This document shows positions 12,244 through 23,788 of a DNA stretch of 64,000 bases, in pieces. The DNA comes from an uncultured Methanosarcinaceae archaeon (GTDB lineage: Archaea; Halobacteriota; Methanosarcinia; Methanosarcinales; Methanosarcinaceae), in contig CAVRJG010000045.1 in the NCBI GenBank assembly GCA_963721455.1, positions 32,001-96,000 of the forward strand. Reading direction: 5' to 3'. The notes under the pieces were generated by a model. The model searched no databases. It was not told where the DNA came from and worked only from the letters and a program-made list of their open reading frames with translations. Each line of letters opens with the position of its first letter. Positions within the stretch are counted from its first letter, which is position 1. The position numbers and the translations under genes are program-made.

Positions 12244-13587
12244 ATGACTGAAATAGGAATTGTTGCAGTAGGCGGTTACAATGAGATGGGCCGCAACATG
12301 ACTGCGGTTATTATAGGTGAGGATATTATCATTCTGGACATGGGGCTTCGGCTCGATAGAGTTCAGATCCACGAAGATGTTGAAATTGACAAAATGCATT
12401 CTCTCGAATTGATCGAGATGGGGGCAATTCCTGATGATACTATTATGAAAGAAATCAACGGGACTGTACGGGCAATTGTCTGCACTCACGGGCACCTTGA
12501 CCATATAGGTGCGATTCCGAAACTTGCACACAGGTATAATGCCCCGATCCTTGCCACTCCCTATACAGCAGCCATCATCAAACAGCAGATAGAGGCCGAG
12601 CGCAAGTTCGAGGTCTGCAACAGGGTTATTCCTCTCAGTGCAGGCGGCACTTACCAGGTTACAGAAGACATTGCCATCGAATTTATCCGAGTCCAGCACA
12701 GCATCATCGACTGTGTTATCGCAGCTGTTCACACTCCGATTGGAGCGGTCCTTTATGCCTGCGACTTTAAGCTGGATCGAACTCCCACAATGGGGGAAGC
12801 GCCTGACTTCGAACGCCTCAAAGCCCTCGGAAAGGAAGGGGTTATTGCAATGATTACAGAGAGCACGAACGCCGGACGCTCAGGAAAAACTCCTTCGGAA
12901 CAGATTGCAAAGGATATGGTAAGGGACGTGCTGCTCGGAACTGAAGAAGCCGATGTCGGGATGATTGTCACTACCTTTGCGTCTCACATTGCGAGGCTCA
13001 AAGCAATTATCGAAGCTGCTGAAGAAATGGGCAGAATTCCGGTGCTTATGGGCCGTTCCATGGAACGCTACGTGAGGGCCGCCAAAGATGTAGGCTACCT
13101 TGACCTGCCTTCCAATGTCGAGATTTACGGTGTCAGGAAAGATATTGACCGTGCCTTCAAACGCATCATGCAGGACGGCAAGAACAAGTACCTGCCAATC
13201 GTTACCGGGCACCAGGGAGAACCAGGTTCCATCCTTGTGCGCGTTTCGAACGGGGAAACTCCCTACACAATTGAGCCCGGGGACAGGGTCATTTTCTCTG
13301 CAAACGTAATCCCAAGCCCCCTCACACAGGCCAACCGCTATGCCCTTGAGACCAAACTCAGGATGCGGGGTGCCAGGATCTATGACAATGTGCACGTATC
13401 AGGGCACGCATACAGGGAAGACCACTGGGAACTCCTACGCATGGTGAATCCTGAACATGTAATTCCTGCCCACGGGGATCTGGAGATGCACGGGCACTAC
13501 ATCGAGATGGCGGAAGATGCCGGGTATGTACTCGGAGACACCGTACACCTTCTCAGAAACGGTGAAGTGTTATATATAGAAGAATAA
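12244..13587 (+). CDS. rnj: Ribonuclease J (beta-CASP)
   Basis: GGYNEMGRNM, THGHLDHIGA, HVSGHA, PAHG. Confidence 0.92.
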   Translation: MTEIGIVAVGGYNEMGRNMTAVIIGEDIIILDMGLRLDRVQIHEDVEIDKMHSLELIEMGAIPDDTIMKEINGTVRAIVCTHGHLDHIGAIPKLAHRYNAPILATPYTAAIIKQQIEAERKFEVCNRVIPLSAGGTYQVTEDIAIEFIRVQHSIIDCVIAAVHTPIGAVLYACDFKLDRTPTMGEAPDFERLKALGKEGVIAMITESTNAGRSGKTPSEQIAKDMVRDVLLGTEEADVGMIVTTFASHIARLKAIIEAAEEMGRIPVLMGRSMERYVRAAKDVGYLDLPSNVEIYGVRKDIDRAFKRIMQDGKNKYLPIVTGHQGEPGSILVRVSNGETPYTIEPGDRVIFSANVIPSPLTQANRYALETKLRMRGARIYDNVHVSGHAYREDHWELLRMVNPEHVIPAHGDLEMHGHYIEMAEDAGYVLGDTVHLLRNGEVLYIEE

Positions 13588-13617
13588 TTGTATAGAAAAT
13601 ATATTCCGTATCTCGTG

Positions 13618-14589
13618 ATGTTTATGATGCTGATTGATGAGATCAAAAAAAGAAGTGTCCATGTTGATGCCGCAATTGATGAGCTACTTCCTATAACCCG
13701 TCCCGAGGAGCTGTACAAAGCCTCTCGCTACCTGGTGGATGCCGGAGGAAAACGCCTCCGCCCGGCAGTCCTAATTCTGGCGGCTGAAGCTGTCGGCTCA
13801 GATCTCAAATCCGTTTTACCTGCAGCAGTGGCCGTGGAACTTGTACATAATTTCACTCTGATCCATGATGATATAATGGACAAAGATGATATCCGAAGGG
13901 GAATGCCTGCTGTCCATAAGATATGGGGTGACGCCGGAGCTATCCTTGCAGGAGACACTCTTTATTCCAAAGCTTTCGAAATCCTATCAAAGGTTGAAAA
14001 TGAACCTTTAAGGATTTTGAAATGCATGGATATCCTCTCAAAGACCTGTACTGAAATCTGCGAAGGGCAGTGGCTTGATATTGAGTTTGAGAAGAGGGAA
14101 AGGGTTACAGAATCCGAATACATTGAGATGGTGGAAAAAAAGACCTCCGTTCTCTACGCAGCTGCAGCCAAGATCGGAGCCCTTCTTGGAGGAGCTTCTG
14201 ACGAGACCGCATACGCTCTATTTGAGTACGGCCGCCTTATAGGGATTGGCTTTCAGATGTATGATGATGTTCTGGACATGGTCACTCCACAGGAAGTGCT
14301 CGGAAAAGTAAGAGGCAGCGACCTTATGGAAGGGAAGCATACCCTTATCGTAATTGATGCTTTCAAAAAAGGTGTGAAACTGGACATTTTCGGTAAAGGG
14401 GAAGTTACTCAGGAGGAAACTGACAAAACCGTCCGGATTCTGACAGAATGCGGATCAATTGGTTATGTAAAGGATCTTGCAATTTCATATATCAATGAAG
14501 GCAAAGCAAAGCTGGACGCCCTGCCGGACTGCCCGGAAAAGGAACTTCTCCTTCAGATTGCCGATTATATGATCTCAAGGGAATACTGA
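13618..14589 (+). CDS. idsA: Geranylgeranyl/short-chain isoprenyl diphosphate synthase
   Basis: GGKRLRP, DDIMD..RRG, GQ.LD, FQ.YDD.LD; exact start uncertain (13618-13627). Confidence 0.9.
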   Translation: MFMMLIDEIKKRSVHVDAAIDELLPITRPEELYKASRYLVDAGGKRLRPAVLILAAEAVGSDLKSVLPAAVAVELVHNFTLIHDDIMDKDDIRRGMPAVHKIWGDAGAILAGDTLYSKAFEILSKVENEPLRILKCMDILSKTCTEICEGQWLDIEFEKRERVTESEYIEMVEKKTSVLYAAAAKIGALLGGASDETAYALFEYGRLIGIGFQMYDDVLDMVTPQEVLGKVRGSDLMEGKHTLIVIDAFKKGVKLDIFGKGEVTQEETDKTVRILTECGSIGYVKDLAISYINEGKAKLDALPDCPEKELLLQIADYMISREY

Positions 14590-14828
14590 AATCGGTTTTA
14601 GAGTTAGGATTTTAAGTAGAGTTGTTGGAATTGCGCCAGCCGATAAATTCTTCGGCATAAAGAAAATCTGTGATTTTTCATTTAGTTGCTATAATCGCAA
14701 CAGTGCGCAGTTCTTTCATCCTGCTCAAGAAGGCTTCTTTTAGAGTTAAGATTATTTTTCGGATTGTGTTATGGGCGAGCCCGGATTTGGATACTTGTTT
14801 ATCCGCCAAGCTCCAGATAATGGCTTTC

Positions 14829-14860
14829 AAAAAAGAGCAGGGCAGGACATTGTCCTGCCA
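14829..14860 (-). terminator. Hairpin plus T-tract downstream of ppdK
   Basis: GGCAGGAC-ATT-GTCCTGCC inverted repeat followed on the minus strand by a T run. Confidence 0.55.
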
Positions 14861-14879
14861 GAATTTTAAATTTCAGGAT

Positions 14880-17531
14880 TTATTTTGCTTTTCTGGATTC
14901 AATTGTGCTCTGGGCAGCTACGAGCCTTGCGATCGGGACCCTGTAAGGAGAGCAGCTCACATAGTTGAGGCCTATTTCGTAGGCGAAGTGAATGGACTTC
15001 GGCTCTCCGCCGTGTTCTCCGCAGATTCCCATCTTGAGGTCGGGTTTGACGGAGCGGCCTTTTTTAATTCCGATCTTCATTAACTCGCCAACGCCTTCCT
15101 GGTCCAGGACTGCAAATGGATCGTGTTCAATAATGCCTGCCTTCTGGTAAATGGGCACGAATTTGGACACGTCATCACGGCTGAACCCGAAGGTCGTCTG
15201 GGTCAGGTCGTTTGTCCCGAAGGAGAAAAAGTCAGCTTCCTTTGCGATCTTGTCTGCAATGATTGCGGCTCTTGGCAGTTCGATCATTGTTCCTATGTGA
15301 TAATCGATCTTTATGCCTTTCTCGGCCATGACCGTTTCAGCCATCTTGCAGACTTCCCCTCTTGTAAGAGAGAGTTCCTTTACAAGACCCACTAATGGGA
15401 TCATGATTTCAGGAACAATCTGCATTCCCTCGGCTGAAAGTTCACAGGCTGCCTCCATGATTGCACGCACCTGCATGTTGTAGATTTCGGGATAGGTGAT
15501 TCCGAGCCTGCATCCTCTGTGCCCGAGCATAGGATTGAGTTCCTTAAGGGAAACCACACGCTTGATTATCTTCTTGACTTCGTCAATCTTCCCGCAATCT
15601 CCCGAGACTTCAAGTTCCCTGAGCTTTGCGTCCAGTTCTTCCTTGTCCGGGAGGAACTCGTGGAGAGGTGGATCAAGCAGCCTGATAGTCACTGGCAGGC
15701 CTTCCATGCTGCGGAAGATGCCAATGAAGTCTTCCTTCTGCATAGGGAGCAGTTTCTTGAGGGCTTTTTTCCGGGATTTTTCGTCTTCGGCCATGATCAT
15801 TTCCCTAACTGCGGGAATTCTGTCTTCTCCGAAGAACATATGTTCAGTTCTGCAAAGTCCGATCCCTTCTGCACCAAGTTCTCGGGCCAGGGCTGCATCT
15901 GCCGGGTTATCCGCATTTGTTCTTACTCCGAGAGTTCTGATTTCATCAGCCCAGAGGAGAATACGCTTCAGATCGTCATTAATTTCGGCATCAATCAGCT
16001 CTACTTTCCCAATGATGACACTGCCTGCGCTTCCGTCAATGGTAATATAGTCATGTTCTTTGATAGTATGACCGTTTACCATGAAGATACCGCTTTTCAT
16101 GTCTATTGAGATTTCTCCGCAGCCCACGACACAGGGTTTGCCCATACCTCTTCCTACGACTGCTGCATGAGAGGTCATCCCTCCGCGCACGGTAAGAACA
16201 CCCTGAGCAGCTGCCATCCCTCCTATATCTTCAGGGGATGTTTCGGTCCGGACGAGAATAGTTTTTTCTCCTATTTCGGCCATTTCCTCAGCTGCTTCGG
16301 CAGTAAATACGACTTTTCCTACAGCGGCTCCGGGAGATGCCGGAAGTCCCTTTGCGATTACCTCAAGTTTTGCTTTGGGGTCAATCCTCGGGTGCAGGAG
16401 CAGGTCAATGTGTTCGGCTTTTACCCTTGTGACTGCTGTTTCCTTATCTATCAGCCCTTCAGCTACCATATCTGTTGCAATCTTCACGGCCGCGGCAGCT
16501 GTGCGTTTCCCTGTCCTGGTCTGCAGCATGTAGAGCCTTCCTTCCTGAATAGTAAACTCTATGTCCTGCATGTCCTTGAAGTGAGCTTCAAGTTTCTGAC
16601 AGATATTAACAAGCTGTTTGTAGGCGTCAGGGATCTTGCTCCCAAGGGTATCAATAAAGTCCGGAGTCCGGATGCCGGCAACCACATCTTCGCCCTGGGC
16701 GTTGATAAGGTATTCTCCAAAGAACTTCTTCTCCCCTGTGGATGGGTTCCTTGTGAAAGCAACTCCTGTCCCGGAGGTGTTTCCTCTGTTCCCGTAGACC
16801 ATTGTCTGTACATTGACTGCTGTGCCCCAGCTGTCATTAATTTCATTAAGCTTTCTGTATGTGATGGCTCTAGAATTATTCCATGACTCAAAAACAGCAT
16901 CAATTGCCATCCGAAGCTGAACTTTCGGATCCTGGGGGAACTCAAACCCTTTTTCAAGTTTGATTACTTCCTTGAACCTTTCAGCCAACTCTTTTAATGC
17001 TTTTGCATCGAGGTCAGTATCGGACTTGACTCCCAGGTCCTTCTTCTCATCCTCGATCAGGGAGTCGAACTTTCTGAATTCAACTCCCAGAACCACGTTC
17101 CCAAACATGGCTATAAATCGTCGGTAGCAATCGTAAGCGAATCTTTCATCATTGACCTTATTTGCGAGCCCCAATACGGATTTGTCCGTAAGCCCGAGGT
17201 TAAGGACAGTATCCATCATCCCCGGCATGGACACCCTGGCCCCGGACCTTACAGAAACAAGCAGCGGATCATCTGGATCTCCCAACTTTTTGTGGTTTAA
17301 GGTCTCGAGCTTATCGATTGCTTCTTCTACCTGTCTGAGTACTTCTTCAGAATAGTTATTCTCCTTTAAGTAAAGTACGCAAACTTCGGTTGTTATTGTA
17401 AAACCGGGTGGTACGGGGATCCCGAGATTTGCCATCTCGGCAAGGTTTGCACCCTTACCTCCAAGCAAGTCTTTCATACTACTTTTGCCATCAGTTACAT
17501 CCTTTCCAAAAAAATATACAAACTTGGACAA
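14880..17531 (-). CDS. ppdK: Pyruvate, phosphate dikinase
   Basis: LGGKGANLAEM, GGMTSHAAVV, GIGLCRTEHMF, GICGEHGG; TTG start after GGAGGAG. Confidence 0.95.
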   Translation of the reverse strand: MSKFVYFFGKDVTDGKSSMKDLLGGKGANLAEMANLGIPVPPGFTITTEVCVLYLKENNYSEEVLRQVEEAIDKLETLNHKKLGDPDDPLLVSVRSGARVSMPGMMDTVLNLGLTDKSVLGLANKVNDERFAYDCYRRFIAMFGNVVLGVEFRKFDSLIEDEKKDLGVKSDTDLDAKALKELAERFKEVIKLEKGFEFPQDPKVQLRMAIDAVFESWNNSRAITYRKLNEINDSWGTAVNVQTMVYGNRGNTSGTGVAFTRNPSTGEKKFFGEYLINAQGEDVVAGIRTPDFIDTLGSKIPDAYKQLVNICQKLEAHFKDMQDIEFTIQEGRLYMLQTRTGKRTAAAAVKIATDMVAEGLIDKETAVTRVKAEHIDLLLHPRIDPKAKLEVIAKGLPASPGAAVGKVVFTAEAAEEMAEIGEKTILVRTETSPEDIGGMAAAQGVLTVRGGMTSHAAVVGRGMGKPCVVGCGEISIDMKSGIFMVNGHTIKEHDYITIDGSAGSVIIGKVELIDAEINDDLKRILLWADEIRTLGVRTNADNPADAALARELGAEGIGLCRTEHMFFGEDRIPAVREMIMAEDEKSRKKALKKLLPMQKEDFIGIFRSMEGLPVTIRLLDPPLHEFLPDKEELDAKLRELEVSGDCGKIDEVKKIIKRVVSLKELNPMLGHRGCRLGITYPEIYNMQVRAIMEAACELSAEGMQIVPEIMIPLVGLVKELSLTRGEVCKMAETVMAEKGIKIDYHIGTMIELPRAAIIADKIAKEADFFSFGTNDLTQTTFGFSRDDVSKFVPIYQKAGIIEHDPFAVLDQEGVGELMKIGIKKGRSVKPDLKMGICGEHGGEPKSIHFAYEIGLNYVSCSPYRVPIARLVAAQSTIESRKAK

Positions 17532-17941
17532 TGAGTCTCCTCCCTGGAACGAGATCATTAATCGGAGCTAGTGACTGGATATGACCAGATATTGGATATG
17601 ACCAGATATATGATCTAATTGTTGCAAGATTTTGACATTTCAAAGTATAAATACGTTTAAAATATGACCAGATATGTGGCCTGAATGTTGCCAACAAGGT
17701 CTATTTAATATATAAGCTTGTGGTTTCCCTCTCCTGTATATTATACTTTACTATCTTAATTTAGTTAAGACTAACGTATAATATAGGTCTTGCGATATCT
17801 TTATATATAATTAACATAGACTACATATGCTTTTCAGTCTAGAATATATATTATTATTTAAGGCTGACAGAATAACATACTCAAAGCCAGGATATTTTTG
17901 CCCTGAGCTGGAGAAATAGCTATTAATTATTCGTGGCTGAT

Positions 17942-18202
17942 ATGAAACGACTCGGTACAGTGCTGCACAGGTCAGGTGTAAAAAACCTGATAATTATAGG
18001 GGATGAGGTAAAACCCGATGACGTCTCAGGTAGTCTTCCTAAATTGAATTCGGTCGTTGTGGATAAGGCCCTGAACCGGATTGGTACAATTGTCAGTGTC
18101 TTCGGACCTGTAGACCATCCCTATTTTTTAGTGAGGGGCTTTAAGCAAACTCCGGATTCGGAATTTCGGGCTCTCGTCAATGAAAGAGTCTATATTCGGT
18201 GA
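17942..18202 (+). CDS. gar1: Gar1/Naf1 H/ACA RNP component
   Basis: MKRLG.VLH...IG.IVSVFGPVDHPY; upstream of tfb. Confidence 0.8.
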   Translation: MKRLGTVLHRSGVKNLIIIGDEVKPDDVSGSLPKLNSVVVDKALNRIGTIVSVFGPVDHPYFLVRGFKQTPDSEFRALVNERVYIR

Positions 18203-18395
18203 GATCTCTGACATTGGATGCGCGTTTGAATTCTTTATTATGGTTTAACTTTAACTGGTTTATATGTTTTTTGCTAGTTATAGCCGTGAGTTATCTTATC
18301 CCTCCTTTTATATATAGACTGTTATTTCAGTGGTGCAGCTAAGGTTACAGGGAGTCATAAACATATGGTCATTTTAATTTGTAAGGTGATATGAT

Positions 18396-19409
18396 ATGGT
18401 AGAAGTCGAAAGAGTTCGCTATTCGGACACTCTTGAAAGAGAAAAAATACGTGCCATGATCAAAGCTCGCAAAGAGAAGCAAAAGGAGCAAAGTTTTGAG
18501 AACGAAAAGGCCGTGTGTCCAGAATGCGGCAGCAGGAACCTCGTTCACGACTATGAGCGAGCCGAGCTCGTGTGTGGGGACTGCGGACTTGTCATTGATG
18601 CCGACTTTGTGGATGAAGGACCGGAATGGCGAGCTTTCGATCACGATCAGCGTATGAAGCGTTCCCGTGTGGGTGCGCCCATGACATACACAATCCACGA
18701 CAAAGGGCTTTCCACAATGATTGACTGGAGGAACCGTGATTCCTACGGAAAATCGATCTCCTCCAAAAACCGTGCTCAACTCTATCGTTTAAGAAAATGG
18801 CAGCGCAGAATTCGTGTAAGCAACGCAACTGAAAGAAACCTCGCATTTGCACTATCCGAGCTTGACAGGATGGCTTCGGCATTGGGTCTCCCGAGAACAG
18901 TCAGGGAAACAGCAGCTGTTGTCTATAGAAAAGCTGTGGACAAGAACCTTATACGTGGGAGAAGCATTGAAGGTGTCGCCGCAGCCGCTCTTTATGCTGC
19001 GTGCCGCCAGTGCAGCGTCCCAAGGACTCTTGATGAAATCGAAGAGGTGTCCAGGGTCAGCCGGAAAGAAATCGGAAGAACCTACCGCTTTATTTCCAGA
19101 GAACTCGCATTAAAGCTCATGCCCACTTCCCCGATCGACTACGTCCCAAGGTTCTGTTCTGGCCTCAATCTGAAAGGAGAAGTCCAGTCCAAAAGCGTTG
19201 AGATCCTGAGGCAGGCTTCCGAAAAGGAACTGACAAGCGGAAGGGGTCCCACAGGAGTTGCTGCGGCTGCAATCTATATTGCGTCCATTCTCTGTGGTGA
19301 GCGGAGAACTCAAAGGGAAGTCGCGGATGTTGCCGGGGTTACGGAAGTTACCATCAGGAACAGGTATAAAGAGCTTGCAGAAGAATTGGATATCGAGATT
19401 ATCCTCTAA
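18396..19409 (+). CDS. tfb: Transcription initiation factor IIB
   Basis: CPECG...CGDCG zinc ribbon, GPEWRAF, two cyclin repeats. Confidence 0.97.
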
Positions 19410-19565
19410 ATTCTTCCTCATTTTTCTTTCGCCAACCGGGTTCAGCTCTGTTCATATATTTACAGAGAAATACCCATTTTTTGCAGCTGCCTTATTTATC
19501 CGGTTCTCTGCAGCTGTGCGCAGGGATTATTTTCAAAAAGAAGCCATTAGAATTTTGGATATATA

Positions 19566-20222
19566 ATGCTGGCAATTGAAATTTTGAAAGCTCTTCTTTT
19601 AGGTTTCTCTGTCGGGCTTACAGGCGCACTTGTTCCGGGCCCTATGCTCTTTGCAACTATAGAGATTTCTCTGAAAAAAGGTTGGCTTGCAGGTCCGCAA
19701 GTCGTATTAGGGCATATGGCCATTGAGCTTGTGCTCTATATGCTCATTCTCTTTGGGGCGGCTTCGCTTGTCGGCAGCGGCATGATTTCTGCAATTTTCC
19801 TTCTAGGAGGGCTTTCACTTGTAGTTTTCGGCTTTCTGACCTTAAAGGATGCCAGGACCGCCGCTTCTTCAAAAGGGATTTCTCAGGATTCATCAGGCTT
19901 GAAGCTAACCTCCAGCCCCGCCTTGATAGGCCTGGTTACTTCGGTTTCGAATCCCTATTTCTGGATCTGGTGGCTGACTGCGGGCGGTGCTCTTGTCCTC
20001 AGGGAATATGAACTGGGAATAATCGTTTCAGTGGCTTACATCCTCGGGCACTGGATAGCGGACCTCAGCTGGTTTACTGCAATATCCGGGTCTTTTAGCT
20101 GCGGAAAAAATATACTCTCTCAAAGGGCGCACAGGTATATTCTCTATCTTTGCGGGACATTTCTGATCTTTTTCGGGCTGTACTTCGTGCTCAACTACAA
20201 TAGTTCAATTCATCTGTCCTGA
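19566..20222 (+). CDS. LysE family translocator
   Basis: PGP motif in TM1, NPY...WW, hydrophobic profile. Confidence 0.8.
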   Translation: MLAIEILKALLLGFSVGLTGALVPGPMLFATIEISLKKGWLAGPQVVLGHMAIELVLYMLILFGAASLVGSGMISAIFLLGGLSLVVFGFLTLKDARTAASSKGISQDSSGLKLTSSPALIGLVTSVSNPYFWIWWLTAGGALVLREYELGIIVSVAYILGHWIADLSWFTAISGSFSCGKNILSQRAHRYILYLCGTFLIFFGLYFVLNYNSSIHLS

Positions 20223-20281
20223 GCGCGGGCTCTGGGATAGCTTAATAACAAAAGGATAACTTTAGAATCCCGTAGATTCCC

Positions 20282-21292
20282 ATGAAACGGCAGTGCATAC
20301 AAGTTCCTAAAAGTAAAGGAGAAGCTGTAAGGAGAATGCTCCTTGAACTTGAAATCCTTGACAATTCCGTAAAAATAGGCACGGATGAGATATTTCTTTA
20401 TCTTCCCCTTTCCAGAGAACCCGCCCCTGATGAACTGGAGAGTTTTCCGGAAGAAACCAGGCTTATTGAATTCGATTTCGAACTCCAGCAAAAAAAACCT
20501 GTTCCTGAGGATATTCTTGGTTTCAGTCCGGCGTATGAAGTCATAGGGGATATTGCCCTTCTGGAGGATTCGGACCTGGATTCTCAAAAGGCGTCAAAAA
20601 TTGCCGATGCCCTTCTCCGGACCCAGCCAAATATAAAAACCGTACTCAAACCTCTTACTCCTGTAATCGGGGAATTCAGGGTCAGGGAATTTGAAGTTGT
20701 TGCAGGCGAGCCCAGGACAGAAACAATTCACAGGGAATACGGCTGCCGCTATAAAGTTGACCTTGCAAGAGCTTATTTCACTCCGCGCCTTTCTACCGAA
20801 CGCTCGCGTATTCTCTCCTGGGTTAAGGAAGGAGATACCGTCGTTGATATGTTTGCAGGTGTAGGCCCTTACAGTATCCTGATCGCAAAGAGCAAAAAGC
20901 CTTCAAAAGTCCTGGCAATAGATAAAAATCCGGATGCCGTACGTTATCTGAAGGAAAATATAACTCTTAATTCTGCGAAAAATATCGAAGCAATCGAAGG
21001 TGATGCCAGGGAAGAAGCAAAAAAGTTTGCAGGCACTGCCGACCAGATTATCATGAACCTTCCTCACAGCGCCCATGAGTTTCTGGACTCCGCTATTCTT
21101 CTTACAAAGCCTGGCGGAATTATTCATTACTACGGAATGACCCCTGAAGACGACCTCTTCGAAAGCTCTATTAAACTGATACGGGCAGCTGCGGAAAAAG
21201 CAGGAAGGAAAATCGAGGTTCTGGAGAAAAAAGTAGTCCGTTCTTATGCTCCTCACCAGTATAATGTATGCATAGAAGCCAGAATTATTTAA
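20282..21292 (+). CDS. trm5: tRNA (guanine37-N1)-methyltransferase Trm5/Tyw2 family
   Basis: IGDIA, YFTPRLSTER, DMFAGVGPY, IIMNLP. Confidence 0.85.
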   Translation: MKRQCIQVPKSKGEAVRRMLLELEILDNSVKIGTDEIFLYLPLSREPAPDELESFPEETRLIEFDFELQQKKPVPEDILGFSPAYEVIGDIALLEDSDLDSQKASKIADALLRTQPNIKTVLKPLTPVIGEFRVREFEVVAGEPRTETIHREYGCRYKVDLARAYFTPRLSTERSRILSWVKEGDTVVDMFAGVGPYSILIAKSKKPSKVLAIDKNPDAVRYLKENITLNSAKNIEAIEGDAREEAKKFAGTADQIIMNLPHSAHEFLDSAILLTKPGGIIHYYGMTPEDDLFESSIKLIRAAAEKAGRKIEVLEKKVVRSYAPHQYNVCIEARII

Positions 21293-21399
21293 AGGACATC
21301 AGGATTATTTAAAGCCTTGAAAAAGCAGACTGCCCTGCCCGAGCGAAATCATTAAATTCTTGATCGCTATTTTAAGTCTGCTTATTTTCCTGTGCATTT

Positions 21400-21471
21400 G
21401 CCGTCGTGGCTTAGCGGTATAGCGGCTGATTCGTAATCAGCAGGTCGAGGGTTCAAGTCCCTCCGGCGGCT
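21400..21471 (+). tRNA. tRNA-Thr (anticodon CGT)
   Basis: Acceptor GCCGTCG/CGGCGGC, anticodon arm CTGAT-TCGTAAT-CAG, T-loop TTCAAGT. Confidence 0.95.
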
Positions 21472-21519
21472 TAATAAAATTTTTTGTTTAGTGCCCTACT
21501 TTTCGTGGAGTGGCAGAGA

Positions 21520-22110
21520 ATGGACAACGATTTCTATAATTTGAACCTTAATAAAAGGCTACAATGCTTAAAAAATTCAGACATATCTGAAGTTAATAAG
21601 CAATTGATTCTCGATTTTGTCGATAATTGTTTTGTTGAAGGGTTAGGGCAACAACGTATTTTAAAGTACATTTCGATTCTAAAAATGATTGCGATTCAAA
21701 TTAAAATTGATTTTGATAAGGTCGAGAAAAGAGATTTATTCAATTTTATATCTGAATTAGAGCGATCAAATAAGAGTGATTGGCTAAAACATGACTATAA
21801 AGTAGGGATAAAAAAATTTTACAAATGGTTCTTAAAAGATGATAATCCCGAGCTAACGAGATGGATAAAAGCTTCAGTCAGTAGGAAAGATAGAAAGCTT
21901 CCAGAAGAGATGCTCACAGAGCAAGATATTTTGGAGATAATAAATTGTGCTATCAAGCTAAGTGATAAAGCAATGGTTGCACTATTATGGGATATTGGAG
22001 CTAGAATTGGTGAGATTGGTACTTTAAAAATAAGGCATATCAAATTTGATGAATATGGTGCGATTGTTAACGTAAAGGGTAAAACAGGATATAGAAGAGT
22101 AAGGGCTGTA
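21520..22110 (+). pseudogene. Tyrosine recombinase/integrase, 3'-truncated
   Basis: LWDIGARIGEI (catalytic Arg box) and KGKTG.RRV present; HxxR and Tyr half missing, cut by a MITE at 22107. Confidence 0.85.
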
Positions 22111-22251
22111 TTCATTGGTCATCGGTTAACGAATTTTATGCACAACTTTGAATACCGCTTATAGCGATTTTCCAACATAATTCTTAGATATATTACATAA
22201 AAAATAACACTTTTTGGCGTTTTGCACCTTAACCGAATCCACATGAATACA
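22107..22251. mobile_element. MITE with TGT...ACA ends
   Basis: Imperfect 23-bp TIR TGTATTCATTGGTCATCGGTTAA / TTAACCGAATCCACATGAATACA; similar end near 37348-37370. Confidence 0.6.
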
Positions 22252-22557
22252 ATTAAGAGCCTATCCAAAAAGTAGATTACTTGCAATTTAGGGTAATACG
22301 TGGTAATTGCAAAACGTAAAATCGTAAGTGACTACGTAATCCCTGATAATCTGTGACCGTGGGCAGGATGTCTAGGCTGAGTCACAAAAGATGAGAAAAC
22401 TGATGGGATGGCTCTGCCCTTTCCTATTGTTTTTCAGGTCATAACACTTTCTGATTCTCTTTGTAAATAGTGTATTTATAGAAGGAAGTATTATACAATT
22501 GGATTAAATAAAAACGTAGGCATAAAAGTCTAAACTGTAATGTGGGGGTATAAAGAA

Positions 22558-22788
22558 ATGCCAATTGTTGATATTAAACTCATCGAAGGTGTATTCTCCA
22601 AGGAAGAGATCGAGAAGCTTATTAAGGACGTGACAGACGTTGTAGTCTCGTTCATGGGAGAAAATCTACGTAGCCATACATTGGTAGTAGTTCAGGAAGT
22701 AAAGAGCGGAAGCTGGGGGGTAGGTGGACAGGCAATTGGATTAGAGGAAGTAAGGGCTATGCAAGAGGGTACTTTAAAGAAGCACTAA
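22558..22788 (+). CDS. 4-oxalocrotonate tautomerase family protein
   Basis: M-P-IVDIKLIEG (N-terminal catalytic Pro), EV..GSWGVGG. Confidence 0.85.
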   Translation: MPIVDIKLIEGVFSKEEIEKLIKDVTDVVVSFMGENLRSHTLVVVQEVKSGSWGVGGQAIGLEEVRAMQEGTLKKH

Positions 22789-23038
22789 GCCATACTCAGG
22801 AAAAAACGGAGACAACGTGAAAGGGTAAAACAATACATAAAATGTACCCATAACAAAAATTCTAATATAAGTCTCATAACAAACTTTTCACTTTTTTCAA
22901 TGTTTTCCCAAATAGAGAAGATTACCCAAGAACGACGTTTTAGGATAAAACTTAGGCATTTTCTTAATTTTGGACTAATTTTCGAGGGCTGACGAATAGC
23001 CCATAAGCTAAAAATAACTACCTTTTATGGACACTCTA

Positions 23039-23440
23039 TCATAGGTATTTTTTACCGCAATTAAAACAGATGCCTTTATGAACACAGATTGTACCTCTAC
23101 ATTCAGTGCATGTCCATCTTATTTTTTCATTTATAAGAAATTGCCCAATACCAAGTTTTTTAATATTTCCAAGATTCTCAATCATACTCATATAGTATTT
23201 GGTGGAATATCTTTTATCTAAATGTTTTAAATTATCACAAGGAAAATTTTTACATTCATAACAAAATGTTAATTCGTTCTTGGTTAAAATTTCACATGTT
23301 TTAATTTTACATATAACTCTAGTAATAGGTTTGTTAATGTCGGATTCCCTGCAACCTGGACACTTATTTCTTTTTCTTAAATAAGCCATACAAATACTAC
23401 AATTCATCCCACATGGGGCAATAAGAATTTCATTCAGTAA
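23039..23440 (-). CDS. DUF3795-like Cys-rich protein
   Basis: APCGMNCSIC..CPGC..C.IK.C..FCYECK.FPC; frame extends upstream of 23407, start uncertain. Confidence 0.7.
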   Translation of the reverse strand, partial: LLNEILIAPCGMNCSICMAYLRKRNKCPGCRESDINKPITRVICKIKTCEILTKNELTFCYECKNFPCDNLKHLDKRYSTKYYMSMIENLGNIKKLGIGQFLINEKIRWTCTECRGTICVHKGICFNCGKKYL

Positions 23441-23788
23441 TATCAGACTCCCTAATGGTCTGTTCCATAGTCTATGAAGACGTTTTCATAAATGTTTTTA
23501 TCGTAGAAATATTTAGTCGGCTTCCACAGAAGAGAACTTAGTTTTCCCAAAAGGTGTGCTTAGAGGTAAAAGTAGAATCGGAAATTTTTTTATATTTGTT
23601 TTCTACAGCCCTTTCCTACGGAACTCAAAGAAAGTTTTTATATTGTCAACCTCCTATTACATAATAGGGTTTACATAACGGAGTTGCTTCAAGCTGTTTT
23701 AATCTATTGTATTTCCTTTTCGTCCCTGAATACATTCTCGAATTTTGATGGATAATATGCGAGTCCGAGAAACGAAAAAATAAATCAA

